Below are positions 20,037-33,099 of a DNA stretch of 64,000 nucleotides, in pieces. Origin of the DNA: Lingula anatina (taxonomy: Eukaryota > Animalia > Brachiopoda). Where the stretch lies: contig CM120649.1 in assembly GCA_051362555.1 (NCBI GenBank), positions 18,552,567-18,616,566 of the forward strand, given 5' to 3'. The translations under genes were made by a program, and so were the position numbers. Within the stretch, counting starts at the first letter, position 1. Every line of letters begins with the position of its first letter. The notes beneath the pieces were generated by a model. That model saw only the letters and a program-made list of their open reading frames with translations, was not told the DNA's origin and searched no databases.

Positions 20037-20658
20037 CGGCCTCCTGTGTTATATCTTCGTTAATACAAAATAGCACTACCTCTGTTCGTGCTACTCCGCG
20101 CCTTCTGGGTGTCTCAAATGAAGAATATGGCTATAGTACTCAGAAGGGAATATGTTTCATCTACCGGCACTGTACACTGGTAACGCTCAAGCAGCTAAAA
20201 GTGAGCTGTTGTTCTTCGTCGAGTTAAGTACCCTGGTTTGACGGCCACGTATACCAAAAACGTATTCTAATATGAGAGAGACACAGCTTGCCTAATCATG
20301 AATGTTTCATTCATATCTTCTTTTTGCTTACCACAACGTGGCCGCAAAACCAGGGGAGCATATATATATATAACACAAACCCGCAAGTATTATTGCCTTT
20401 CTATTTATCAAACCAAATATAACAGCTACCCAATCGCGGTGAGATTATCGCAAGGCTAAACACATAGGCTGAGCATCTCCTCTGCTATGCGCGTGGAGCT
20501 GCTAAGCGCGTGGAGCTGCTAAACGTGTGGAACTGCTAAACACGTGGTCCAACCTGCTCGGACATTTAGTGGACTTCCTTGCCATAACTGGTTACTTTTC
20601 TGAATATGTGTATTAATTACTGAGTGACTTTTGTTAAAATCCTGTAATTAAAGGGAGC

Positions 20659-20796
20659 TACCCTCTACCAGGGCCGCAGCTATTATTGTGGACAATTTTT
20701 GCTGAATCGGCATCAGACCAAAATGACTGTCTATTTATCTACAGACATATCTGTGAATATCTGTGGAAAATCAATCTGTCGCCCTGGTAGAGGATA
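20659..20796. mobile_element. About 140-bp Mutator-like MITE
   Basis: TACCCTCTACCAGGG TIR and near-identical 9-bp flanks; same family as 22695-22836 and 61196-61335. Confidence 0.7.
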
Positions 20797-21099
20797 AAGG
20801 GAAGCAATGGCTAAAACCTCCCTACAGGCCATGTTTCGGGTCTACCATGGTATAAAAGTGCATTTTATTCTGATTCCTTATTTTAATATTAAAATATATC
20901 CAACTATGTCTTTACTTTAGACCTAAATGATAACTGGTTAGTAGGAAGCATTATATTCACAGGCGGATGTGGGGTTTTGGAAAGGGTGGGGTCCAACCTC
21001 CAGGAATTAGAAAAACAAACTAAAAGAGGTCTTCACTTTCAAAATTTGGATAAACTCAAGAAGCCATTCATTTTTGGAGATGTGATCGTCAGCATCCAT

Positions 21100-21660
21100 C
21101 TGTATTGGATGGCCCAGTGGTTATAGTACCCGCCTTCTAAGCTGGCGAACCTGGGTTCGACTCCGTCTGGGGGCATATTACTCTTTCAAGGCAAATCATA
21201 ATACAGCAATATGACAGAATGATACAATAAAACATTTAGTGAGAAGGCCTGATAATAACAATAAATTACTTTCTAAATGAGAGCTATATGTAATAAATCA
21301 GATATTAATATTAAACCCAATGTGTCATTCAGTCACCACACGTTCTACTGCCTGTATGTTATAATTTATATTTAAGTATATATGCTAAATCTTTAAATAT
21401 TTCATTACGCTACTTATATATTTATTGTTCATACACTGAAGTAAAAATGTGCTAGAGCTTATTATATAAAGATTATCATGTTTATTATCATAAACGATAC
21501 CTGCTGTGCTGTGCTGTGCTTCATACGGCGTGCCGGGCTATAACCTCCCCAGGGAGGCAGTAGCGTCGACACCCAGATTGCATTTGGGCCAAAAATTACC
21601 AGGCGTCCGTAAACTACGCTGAGACGCATCAGTAGTGCGGTATATAAGAAGTGAACTGTC
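21100..21660 (+). mobile_element. Degenerate tRNA-derived SINE (family of 53059-53438) with a replaced or interrupted middle
   Basis: A box TGGCCCAGTGG 21110-21120, B box GGTTCGACTCC 21154-21164, and a cctccccagggagg core near 21545 shared with the 53 kb SINE. Acceptor and T stems do not pair, so this is not a functional tRNA. Confidence 0.6.
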
Positions 21661-21908
21661 CCTTTTTTTATTTATTATATTGTATTATTGGTGTGTATCG
21701 GCCTGATTCAATAAATTTTATATCTCCGCAAAACGCGTCATATTGCCAATCCTATTCAGGTTTAACGGGTGCAACATGCTTTGAAGCGTGCAACATGCTG
21801 TGGAGAGTTGCAAAAAAAAAAAAAAAAAAAAAATGAGACAAATCAGGCGCTTAGAAATGTGTTAAGGAGCTAAACGCTGTTTTTACAGTGTATGCCACAG
21901 GTTCGCTT

Positions 21909-24777
21909 TTAATTTATGAAATTAATATTAACAAAATGAACTTCAATACAGTCATTGATAGTCCTTCCAGTGACATCCGATTTTTTTCGCGAGTAGTAGT
22001 TTCGTCTTCCGTAATAAATTCTGAAACCTAACTTGTGAAGTTCCAATACTGTTTTTAAGTCTTTTTCTTTCGGAAGCCAGTGGACTTCGATCCCAAGTTG
22101 CTTGACACGTGCCAAGACGCCCTCACGGTACATTGTGGGTAAACTGTCCCATTCGGCTCCCTCGACATCAATTTTCAAATAATCTAATGTTTTCTGAAAC
22201 ACAAAATAAAAATATCGTGAAAGAAAACATTGTTTCTGAACCAAAGCTAGAACAACATTTTTGTTTGGAACAATCTTGATTTAAGATATCCTTCAAAACA
22301 AAATTCTTGGGGCTCATCCCTTAGGACACTATCGGTCTGCGTAGATCGATCCACATCCGCGGGGACTCTCGCTGAATGCAATCAGTTTAACAGATTAACT
22401 CACTTTCTCATGTTTCCAACATACTCGTTCAATCATCAGCTTTCCTCTCTTCTACTGACAGCCAGGAGAAGGCATGTCATTCAGTAACTCAGGGGCGGAT
22501 CCAGCTATATTTTCTGACAGTCTTCCAAATTATCTTTATTGATCCATCCTCCTTTTTTTGACAGTCTTCCAACAGAAAAAATTAGATACCCATCCATGTA
22601 AACTTGAAAATCTGATCGTCTTCCAGAAGACCCAGAAGGCGGCCTAAATCCGCCCCTGCAGTTAATATGATTGCATACTATAGCCAGGAGAAGGTACCCT
22701 CTACCAGGGTCTCAGTTATTATTGTGGACATTTTTGGCTGAGTCGACTGAGAGCCAAAATGACTGTCTATTTATCTAGAGACCTAGCTATCTGTGAATAT
22801 CTGTGAAAAATCAATCTGTCGCCCTGGTAGAGGGTAAGGAGAAGGCGTGTCATTTAGTTAATCTGATTACATTCAGCAAGAGTACCCGGATCTATCCAGA
22901 TCTATCCAGAGTTGGATAGATCGAAACAGACCCATAGTGTCAACGAATATTAAGTATTACTCACATTTTCATGTCCATATAACTTCAATATGGTGCCGAG
23001 AGTAGCCAATGGCCACTTTGCTTTCTGTCCCTTTTTAAGCACGAGGCTGTTTTTGCCTCCAATTCCTATAGGATGAAATCTGATGTTTCTTGATCGAGAA
23101 AAGTCTGTCTTCTCAGCCATACTGAAATAAATACGGATTAAACGTTGCCAGAAAGCTCAGGGGATTAGAGGGGGTCATCTGACAGCAAATCTGGATTCTC
23201 AACAATCCTCCTTGCCCTATAGCTATATTGGACAAGTCTATGGTCAACAGAGTGGTGGGAAAAACAAAATAAATGAAAGACCCATAATCTGTAGCAGTGT
23301 CAGGTTTAATGTAGGCCCTTATTGCCAATTTTGAAAATGATACAGTCAGTACGAGCGTAAGTGGCATTGCCTTCAAATTTGTGAGCCTTTTAGATAAAAC
23401 ATGGCATTTGTTTTAATCCATTCTATTAAATATTAAGTCGAGCGCTCGAGATAAAAAAAAATTGAGTGACCCCTGCGGGGCTCCGTACTATTCTCCTTGA
23501 ACCTGTTCAAATATTCACGTGTAATTACCCTAACGTGTCACACCCTAACGCTGATACAACTTATTGGCCTATTATAGGGCACCTACTGAGGTGCTTAATG
23601 GTGACCTAGGTACATGTAGAATAAAAGATCACACCAGTACATACCTAGGATCGAACGCGTGGACAGTGCACCCCAACTTTTTGTCCATGTAATCGTCAAA
23701 CGACCATTCATTGTTGATACTGGGATCAATTAAAGCATTAAAGTAACCAGTTTGAGTATGCATTTAATACTAGCAAAACACATATATGTAATTACCAGTA
23801 TACATTGTATCTACAACATAACCAAAATTATTCCGTCAATACTGAAACTACATTTTAAAGCTTTTAAGTCATCAATATAGGTAAACAACATTGGTCAGGC
23901 CCGTAGCCAGGGGGTTCGGGGGGTTCGAAAGACCCCACCTTTTGCTGGGAAAAGGTCCCCTCTGGGTAAAAAAATTATCTAGGCACATGAAGGTTTCATG
24001 GTAAAAGCTCCACTTTTTCAGAAGAGGAACCCCCCTTTTGAAATTGCTGGCTACAGGCCTGTTGGTATTGAACAAATACTTGTCAAATGACTCAGTTTAA
24101 GATTTACAATTCTGTATCATTGTTGAGTGAAACACGTATTCGTATTAATTTGTACAACATAATAAACTAAAATGAATCTGTCGATTGCTTTTCTTCTACT
24201 ACAACAAAATATTAAAAACAAAAGACTGCTGGACTTTCTTACCCGAACGAGTAGACCAAACATTTCCCACGAACTATATTGAAGGGGGGATCCAAGCAAA
24301 CCTCCCAGCCGCCATCTTCAAATTCACTCCTACCAGCCCTTACCCTGTGTCGACAGTCGAACTGTGTTTTAAGAAGATACCTTGAAACGAACGCGACGCT
24401 AGCTAAGTGTTAAATGCAGCAGATGACATTCCCCCAAAGACATTCAATGAGTACTGAATAAGACTGTTTGATGGTTCAGTTCTCATGTAACTTGACCGTT
24501 TCATTGCAGTACATAACTCGCAGTGTGCGAGGTCTTATGCCAGTATTGTGTTTGAAATGGGGCCGTAGCAATAGTCCGAAGGTTCATTGCCCCGAATGTC
24601 CACTCTAGGGCCTTGGGACCAACGAACCCTTGATTAAAAAAACTGGTGAAAATGTCACGATTTTTCGGACCAATTTGAAATTTGCGATGATAATAAGATC
24701 AATGTGCTGTTGATGATATTTTGAAAAATAAAGAGAGAGAACAAACTACTAGTACAGGACCGTTGGCGTTGAGGCGA

Positions 24778-24820
<43 letters not shown>

Positions 24821-27245
24821 GGAGGGAATGGAAGCGGTTATGGAATCGAGAGCCCCGCCATTTTGTACAGCTCTCACTAAAATGTGATCTAAGATCTATG
24901 TCCTTTCTCAGTTTGGGCCAACTAAGGGGGATAAGGAAGTCCACCTTTTTGTAAAACAACTTAAAAATTGCTGGCTACTGGCAATAATAAACTGAGTTTA
25001 GATACACTGCCAAATATCTCACCTGGTGAAGTCCCTTTCCATGGCATCATAGTTCGAGCCATTCTTACAGGAGATGTTTGTAACAGATGCTTGCATTGCC
25101 TCTGGAGAATAATCAACCTTTTCGAGCATAGGAAACAACTCGGAGTAGATGTACCTGCTGTCCACCGACTTTGTAGGATACTGGGTCTTTAATTAAAGAA
25201 AATGGGATATTTGTGAAGTCTTCGTCATAAACAATACGCCGCGCTATTGTTCAAATGTTGCTTTATCTTAAAAAGTAACTAAGAGAATTAAGACTCGCTT
25301 CCAATGAAACTATAGGTCTACATAGACTGATCCTACGGAACGTCGCGGGGACTCCCGCTGAATGCCACTGGGTTAAGTTATTTTAATAATAATATTGCAA
25401 TATTAAAATATTTAAACAAGATATGGGCTTGAATACGGCGGCTATGCAAACAACTATGTTGTAAAGGTATTGGCTTTCACCTCCATTAATTGGAAATAAT
25501 AAGCAAAGTACAACCAAAGTAAAAGATAGCGAATGATAGAGTGCAATTTTAACTGCCTTAAGAGTCACCACGTGCAGAAACTGTTTTCGTGTTCGGAAAT
25601 GATGCTAATTTAGTTAGCCATACAAAATAATGACTACATAAATTTTAGATGGTGGCTTCCCACCCGTAGTATCTTGTCATCTTACCATCTGCCATGATTT
25701 CCTATCTGTAAATGAATAAAAAAAAGTATACCATTATACAGTATCGATTTTTAATATGGAGTATTTCAGAATTAAAACACATGTCACGTAAAATGCATTG
25801 TTTTTCTTCAACTTGTGTTGCTCCTGAACCAAGTCGCTAGGAAAAGCTTTATTTTACAAGATGAAAATACCCGTCCACACACAGCACTTGTATATGCAGA
25901 TTACATGTACTAGCAGAACCAAAGAACAGCGCGACTGTTACTAGTCGAATCAATGGCCTTCTGGTGCTACAACACATCTGAAGCAAATTGGACAAGCTGT
26001 GAACTGGGCCTGTAATGTTATTCCAAATCAAATTCTTCGAAACTTTTAAGGACTTCCTTGCCGCTTGAAAGCCCTGGTAGCAGCCAGATGAGGCCAGACG
26101 CACCACTGACCACTGCCTTGATTAGACACTGATATGAGCGTCCTTTGTGAAGTATATAGCTATTTCACAGATGATAATTATAAACGCTTTTATGGTTGTT
26201 GTATGATTTAGAATCTGCCACTTATTCTTGTTGTCTTAATTCGGTGAATTCAATTAAAGAACTGATGTCACAATAACAATGAAGGCAATTAAAAGCTATA
26301 AAAATCCAATTGAAATCCTTGTTTTCATTTATCAGTCAGAGAAAGAGGAAAAATCGAAGACAAATTATTTGGAGCAATATATTTCAAATTAATAATGTCA
26401 AGTCTGTAAAATAAATTTACTTTAGTCTGCTCCAGGTATATAGGCCCCTATATTTTACGGGCTATTCATCGCATTCAGAAAAGCAGAACCATCCATAGCG
26501 GCGGCATAAAACATATCATTTCAATTAAGAACTATATGCATATGAACTGAAAACACAGAGGGCTTCGATCACTAATGGCTTCAATATAGCAGTAGATATA
26601 CACTGTAGATACACATTGTACAAGGACCTGGTTTCTAAACTTGGTACTGTCTCATGATGTTCCTCTCTAAAACTATAGCCATCAACTCCAATTATAAAGA
26701 AACCTAAGAAATTTTAAAAGATGTCCACACTTATTTCGTGCAGTGACGTGTTGACAGTAATTCTTTTTCTCTTAGTAAATGGGCGCATATTAAAAAAGCC
26801 GTGAATTTCCACACTGGCGCATTTAACTAGGGGTGGGGGTCCTAAGGCTAAAAATAATCATAATTATTGAATAATCATTCGCTTTTCTCTCTCTTTCTTT
26901 CTTTCTTTCTCTCTCTCCTTAATCCGCCACAGTAGTATAAAGATGAGGAATTTCATTCTGTACATTTATTGGATGGACGACTTGGGGAGATTGTTCGAGG
27001 TAAAGTGAAAATAAACGAACAATATGTAAAATAGGGGGCTTATTTCACCAATTTGCAGCACAAACGCCTCCCCATGCTAAGCACCAAATACTTTTTACTT
27101 CTATTTAATAATTTGACCCTGGAAGTAATACCGTATTGCTAAATTTCATTATCAATCCATACTTACGTTTATAGACGAGTGAAGCACTCACAAGTAGACC
27201 TACTACTACTGCAACCGCGATTAATGTGGATCTTCTTCTTTTCAT
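21909..27245 (-). CDS. METTL24: METTL24-like SAM-dependent methyltransferase (Methyltransf_22), type II membrane anchor, copy C, about 305 aa
   Basis: Exons 27167-27245 (MKRRRSTLIAVAVVVGLLVSASLVYK), 25686-25705, 25023-25186, 24243-24380, 23645-23719, 22965-23121 and 21909-22193. Total 918 nt, in frame, all GT-AG, same intron phases as copy B. Motifs DGGWEVCLD, CLVYSFGI, HAFDPS, DYLKIDVEGAEW. The symbol is family-level. Confidence 0.87.
22490..22658. mobile_element. hAT-like MITE (CAGGGGCGGATCCAG..AAATCCGCCCCTG)
   Basis: TIRs; near-identical copy at 63518-63686; related elements at about 52061-52222 and 55162-55423. Confidence 0.7.
22695..22836. mobile_element. Mutator-like MITE with a perfect 9-bp target-site duplication
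   Basis: TIR TACCCTCTACCAGGG; TSD AGGAGAAGG at 22686-22694 and 22837-22845. Confidence 0.8.
23896..24061. mobile_element. hAT-like MITE in METTL24-like copy C intron 4 (family of 7373-7542)
   Basis: TIRs, TTGGT direct repeat on both sides, and an empty homologous site in copy B intron 4 (about 17215). Confidence 0.75.
25858..26109 (+). mobile_element. Degenerate Tc1-family transposase C-terminal relic in intron 1 of copy C
   Basis: Frameshifted translation DENTRPHTAL...HI*SKLD...NVIPNQILRNF..RLKALVAAR*GQTHH* resembles the Tc1 consensus DNARPHTA..EHIWD..IP..RRC.A.I.ARGG.T.Y. Confidence 0.65.
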
Positions 27246-29180
27246 CGCTCTCTTTTGTTATATCCCGGTAAATACAAAACCACTCTCTCCGTCCTCCTGG
27301 AAATCTTACACGTACAACAAGACGATTGAACTCAAATTACTGAAAATATATGCCAGCGGGGAAAATATTTTATCTACCGGCACAGTGCACCAGGAACGCA
27401 TGAGCAGCGCAAAGTGAGCTGGATAACTACAGCGTGTCAATACGGGCTCGTTCACAGTAAAACTATCGTACTATAGGTAGTTCGAATTAACTCCGCGGGA
27501 ACTTTCGCTGAATGCAATCAGGTTTACAGATTGACAAGCTTCCTCGTGGTGTTAGGTAGAATACATTAAAAGCTAGGCCCTATTTCAATACCACCCTACG
27601 GATAAAACTGAGCAAGTGATAAAAATGTTTTTCAATGGACAGTTATCCTGATGATAGTGGCTATGTAACACCCGGATAGCAATATTACAGGCAAAAATTA
27701 ATATCTAGCATTTAGGAAATACCACTCTACCCAAAGGATAACTGACCAGAGGATAATCCAATGAGGATCCAATGATGATATACTAGTACGTTGGGAACAG
27801 GAGGAGTTTCTCAGACTTCTCAAGCTGCTTGGATACAGCAACAGTTAGTTCGAACTACTTAGTATGATAGTTTTATCGTGAACGGACCTTATAACTCCAG
27901 TTTTCCGGCAATGCTGTGAAAAGCAAGGAAGACAAGTGAAATATCCGTGGTTATGCGTGACCAAAGGCAAGTAAGTCATTTCCATATGATAAGGCCTGCT
28001 GGTCTTTTGTGTATTAATGAGTATTATATACACATTTTATTATATGAGTGGGTAGTACCATGGACGTTACCACTAAACCAACAAATCCTGTAGCGTTATT
28101 TGACAATATATGATACCTGTCATACATGTCGAAGCTTTACGGAAATTGGCAAAGTCTAGAAAATGCCTTCAAAATATACTTTTAACAGTTATAATCAAAT
28201 TCAAACTACGGCCACTACGCAACTACAGGTAATTTAGGTTGGGAGAAACACCAAAGGAGGAAAAAATCGCGTTTTTCTTAAATAACGCGAGACTTTGAAC
28301 CACGTGTCACCACATCAGATTCTGCACTGCAGACGACGTATGGGCGTGTAGCAAAAGCCTTTCCGCTTTTTTTAAGATAAAGCAATGTTTCAATTTGGCT
28401 TGCTCCCCGTGATGGCTATTTATATTGCCCCACTCGACCCCACCTACCGAACTTTTAATACATAAACGTAAGAAATGAAAGCATTCAGGAAGATTTTGAA
28501 GTTATTATATTTGTACCTATACACAGTCTACCAAATTGCAGAGAAATGAGTTTTTCATCGTCTCACTTAATGATCGGATGATTAAAAAGTGTGTATTGTA
28601 TGACCAGTGCGGGGCATGTACAGTTTGGAGACAGACTAATGGTTTGATTTCTTGGTTCACTATTCCACAACCTTGGATCCATATCAAGTGTAACATGTTT
28701 CTGACCAATACTTCAATAGGTATATTTTTAAAAAAATTCCCATTTCTGCCAGTGACTCAGAACTATTTGACCTCATAAAACATAATGTCACACTTGTATA
28801 ACAGATAAGTTTGATCTTAAAACTTAAACCTCTTAAAAACAATTAGACTCTGGGAAAAAATGTACATACCACAATGATGACTGTTATAAGCAGTAATGTA
28901 TATTAAGGGCAATATGCTGGTTAATCAACATAATGATAAAAAAAACATTCATGGAAAACAAATTAACCACTGATAAAATATTTCTTTCAAATCTGGCATT
29001 AAAAATCACAGTAACGGTAGATTTTAAAAATATTTGTCTCAGGCCACGAAAGTGATAGACACATTGCATTCAGCACCGTCTGTTATTTCTTGGCATACAT
29101 CTCCTCCCTGGTATCAAGACAACCAGGTTCTGGTAAAAGAATGCCTCCCCCCCCCCTCTCTCTCTCAACAGGTACATTGA

Positions 29181-32100
29181 TCACAGAAGCTCATACTCCT
29201 CATCTGTGTCATACTGCCTGTCATCCACCACTGTGAATTCTGAATAGGAAATCAAATGAGAATTGGCCATAAGTGTCTGTGGGAATTAAAATAGTAGACC
29301 TCACATATAGTTGTCTCCTAATTTGGACTCTCACCCTTACCATGCTGAATGTTAATGTCCTGGTCTTGTCCAACAACAGAGAACAGTGAACGCATATAAT
29401 GGACTTCACATACAAATTTGCCAAAATGGCCAGTTCAAACTATATGTGAGGTCTACTAATTTTTTCAAAAATAACACAGTACATGACTCAATTAATAGAA
29501 CAATATTTGAATAAATTCAGAGATGGTAACTTTTTTCCCACAATATTACAACCACAACATGCCTTTTATAGAACAAGGTTATGTACCACAATAGGAGAAT
29601 TCAAATAAGTGAACTGTCTCTTCCCAAGATAAAAGTGATGCTTGACATGATACAATATAAAAAGACATCAAAACTAAAGGAAAAGAGGGGCATTACCATC
29701 ACTTGGGCATGTACCACCAGCTGGATTAGATACATGAAGTGAGCAAACCATCTACATCAGTTACACCAGTTAAGAGACGTACATCATTCTAAACTAAATT
29801 GTATACAGTAAATCAAACATACCAGAATTTGTTCCTGGTTGTACTTCGTAAGGCTCAAAAGGAGGCCAATGCGCTGGTCTCACTTCATGGAGCTCAAACA
29901 TGGGCGTCTTACTGCGTTTTATGATGTTGTTTCTTATGTCACTGCAGAGATTTATAAAGTCTTTCTCAGTCTTACAGAAGAATCCCTAAAGAAAAGAAAA
30001 AAATATACCTGATAAAGATAACACGCAAGCTGCGTATTGGAAGTGAGCAAGCTAGCAGTTGATATGGCCAGTATATTTCCTAAGATAACCTATTTAATTT
30101 GCTTCAAATTGTCTTAACATTTACCACAGCAATGGAGGGATCCAGTTGTGACATCTTCATTCTGCTGGCATAAGGGCAGTGATAAGATTCATCAAAAGCA
30201 TCAAGCTCCAGGTCAACATAAGGCTGTGTAGTGTGGGGGTCCAGGTACACCATTTGATCACCTGTAATATAGCACAAAGGTCAACATAGGGCTGTGTAGT
30301 GTGGGGGTTCAAGTACACCATTTGATCACCTGTAATATAGAACAAAGGTCAACATAGGGCTGTGTAGTGTGGGGGGTTCAGGTACACCATTTGGTCACCT
30401 GTAATATAGGACAAAGGTCAACATAGGGCTGTGTAGTGTGGGGGGTTCAGGTACACCATTTGGTCACCTGTAATATAGGACAAAGGTCAACATAGGGCTG
30501 TGTAATGTGGGGGTGTCTGCCTTATTTGTGTTTGCATGCTTATGCCCTCAATGAAATATCCTACAAACCAGTGAGCATGGTTGGGATTGTCCCCTATGTG
30601 TGTGTGTGTGTGTGTGCGTGTGTGCGTGCGTGCATGCTTGCATGTGTGTGTACAAGTTTTCTTACCTACATATCCTACAAACCAGTGGGCATGGTTGGGT
30701 TTTCCCCCTATGATTCCTACTGACTGTGGTAATGTCAAACACACCTGAAATAAAACAAAACACTTGTTTAATTTCGGCAAGGCTTATGCTTCAGAAATTG
30801 GTGTGAACAGGACAAGGTACAGTGTACATTTTAAGATGATTAAGTCAACAGTAAAACAGCCAAACTTTACCTCAGTTCTTTAAAGACCAGAAGTTGTACA
30901 GTTTTAAAAGGTACAAATTCTGACACTTTTTAATAAACAAATAAATTGTAATTTTTTTCAATAAGTTTAAAGTATAAAAGTTTCAAGTAACAAAATAAAC
31001 CTAAAACTGAAGTCAAACAGTTAGGTTGAAATTGATGAGTAATGTGATAATTTGATGTCTGCTTTTAATGGCACCTGTATTGTGGTAATCATTCCATGTA
31101 TTCAGGAACTTAAAGAAAAACCATCAAGAGTAAAATGTGTAAGATGAACTATCATGCTGTAGCAAACTTTTTACAGGACATTTGAACAAATCAATCTACC
31201 AACACCACCACTTCATAACTTTGGTGTCACTCTGTATCTATTTGCCTTTTTCTTTTTTTTTTTTTTTTTCTAATTTTGTAACCAGCATCTACAAGTCTAC
31301 CTTAAGACTGTCCAAGTACACAGAATTGATTTCTGACAGCCCCAGTCTCAGCGGAATGATCAACAGTAATGGCCTCCAGCTTGCTCCTTTATAGTGACTA
31401 TCACTTTCACCATTTCCATCACCATTCAAATCTTCCTTAAAATCCTCAGATAGAGGGTCACGACCATGGTGCGTTTTCCCTTTGGATTTTTGTAAAGAAG
31501 GTCCATTTTGTGAAAAGTTTGACGTTTTTGTTTGATGTATTTTTCTAAGGTTCACTGTCATTTCCTTTGACTTGTGGTTGTAACCCTCCAAAGCACCATC
31601 TTGTTCTGTTCGCACTGGTTCTTTGCACATTGTCCCTACATTTATAATAATAATAACAACTGCAATAATAATCATAATGAAAATAATAATATCAGATATA
31701 CTGAAGTTGAATGGAGCGGCCACTAAATTCATAAATGCCAGTATTTTACTGACCTATTTTACAAGGTCAAGGGCACAAAGCTTCCTCCTCCTTCTCAAGT
31801 TCACAGAACACTTTAAAATTCATTTTTTCTGACGTATAACAACATTAATGACTGTGGACAAGTACATGTAAATATATAGCTTGTAACATAGTTTAGCTTC
31901 CACATAAGCTATGTGAATTTAATTCATTCACAAACATTCACTTGAACAAAAAATGTAAAACATTGTGCAAACATTCAAACAATCATATACATATCTATAT
32001 GGCAAACAATACATACAACAACAATGTTGAATAGTTTTAGTAGCTTTGTGTTTTAAAATTTTTTTGTCTGCTGACTCTCAGACTTTATCAGGGAAATGAG

Positions 32101-33056
32101 GGCTGTGTTAGTACCAGTTAATTTTTCTATACCTGGTTAATATCAGTTAATTTTTCTATCTATAGCTATTGACAAATTAAACTTGTGGTTTATTTAACTA
32201 CAAATACAAAATCCATAACAACAACTAAAACAACCACAAGGTTTCCACTCACATATATCTTTGATAATCACAGTATTGTCCATAGCAATGTGGACTCGTA
32301 TCTGACTCCAGTCATCGTAGACACACAGCTTGCGAAATACTTGAGCAATGGTGTTAGGGCCAAACCAGTGACCAATGGGTTTTCCTTCACACACGCCCAT
32401 TGAAGCTGAAAATAGGAGTGAACTGGATATAACTGATGTAATCAGATTTATTGAATGATAAATAGTGATTAATTTTTATGTGCGCTCAGTGACATCCTAC
32501 ACTTAGTGAAAAAGTTCCCAGAGGCTGAGCGCACACGAAAGTTGATCATGTCCTCACTGTCCAAGGAGGCGTGTCATTCAGTTAATCTGATTGCATTCTT
32601 CCGGAGTCCCTACGAAGTTCAATCAATCTACCTAGTACAATAGTCTTATTGTGAACACCCCACATGTCACTGCACTTGTATCTCAGTTTATAATAACCAT
32701 AATAATCACAGGGCAATCATTCTAAGAGACTTGTACTGTAAAGCTCTTTGCTTAGTCAGCCATATGATTTAAGCAACCTCTGCATAGCCCAGGAACTTTT
32801 GTGGAAAGAGGCCACATTCATACCTATTTGGTGTATGGAATAACAGGCATTCTTCTTATCCTGGAACATCTTTAGTATCCTTAGGTATGTGGGATCAGGT
32901 TTATCTCTGTCCCACATCCAATCTGAAATATATGTACAAAATCACGTTGGGAATGTTGTGCACAATAATGGCAAAAGTACACCGTTTCTAAAAGAAAAAA
33001 CTCTTTTGAACCTCATTCTGTTGGCCCAAAACAGAAAGAGTGGCCAGTAACAAATA

Positions 33057-33099
<43 letters not shown>

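Noticed and set aside
21103-21175. tRNA-Arg(TCT)-like sequence
   Set aside because: Acceptor and T stems do not pair, and the flanks match the 53 kb SINE. It is a SINE head, not a tRNA gene.
22402-22455. ..KHEK|GTGAG resembling the end of METTL24-like exon 6
   Set aside because: The similarity is only a few codons, there is no convincing acceptor, and it adjoins dispersed repeat sequence.
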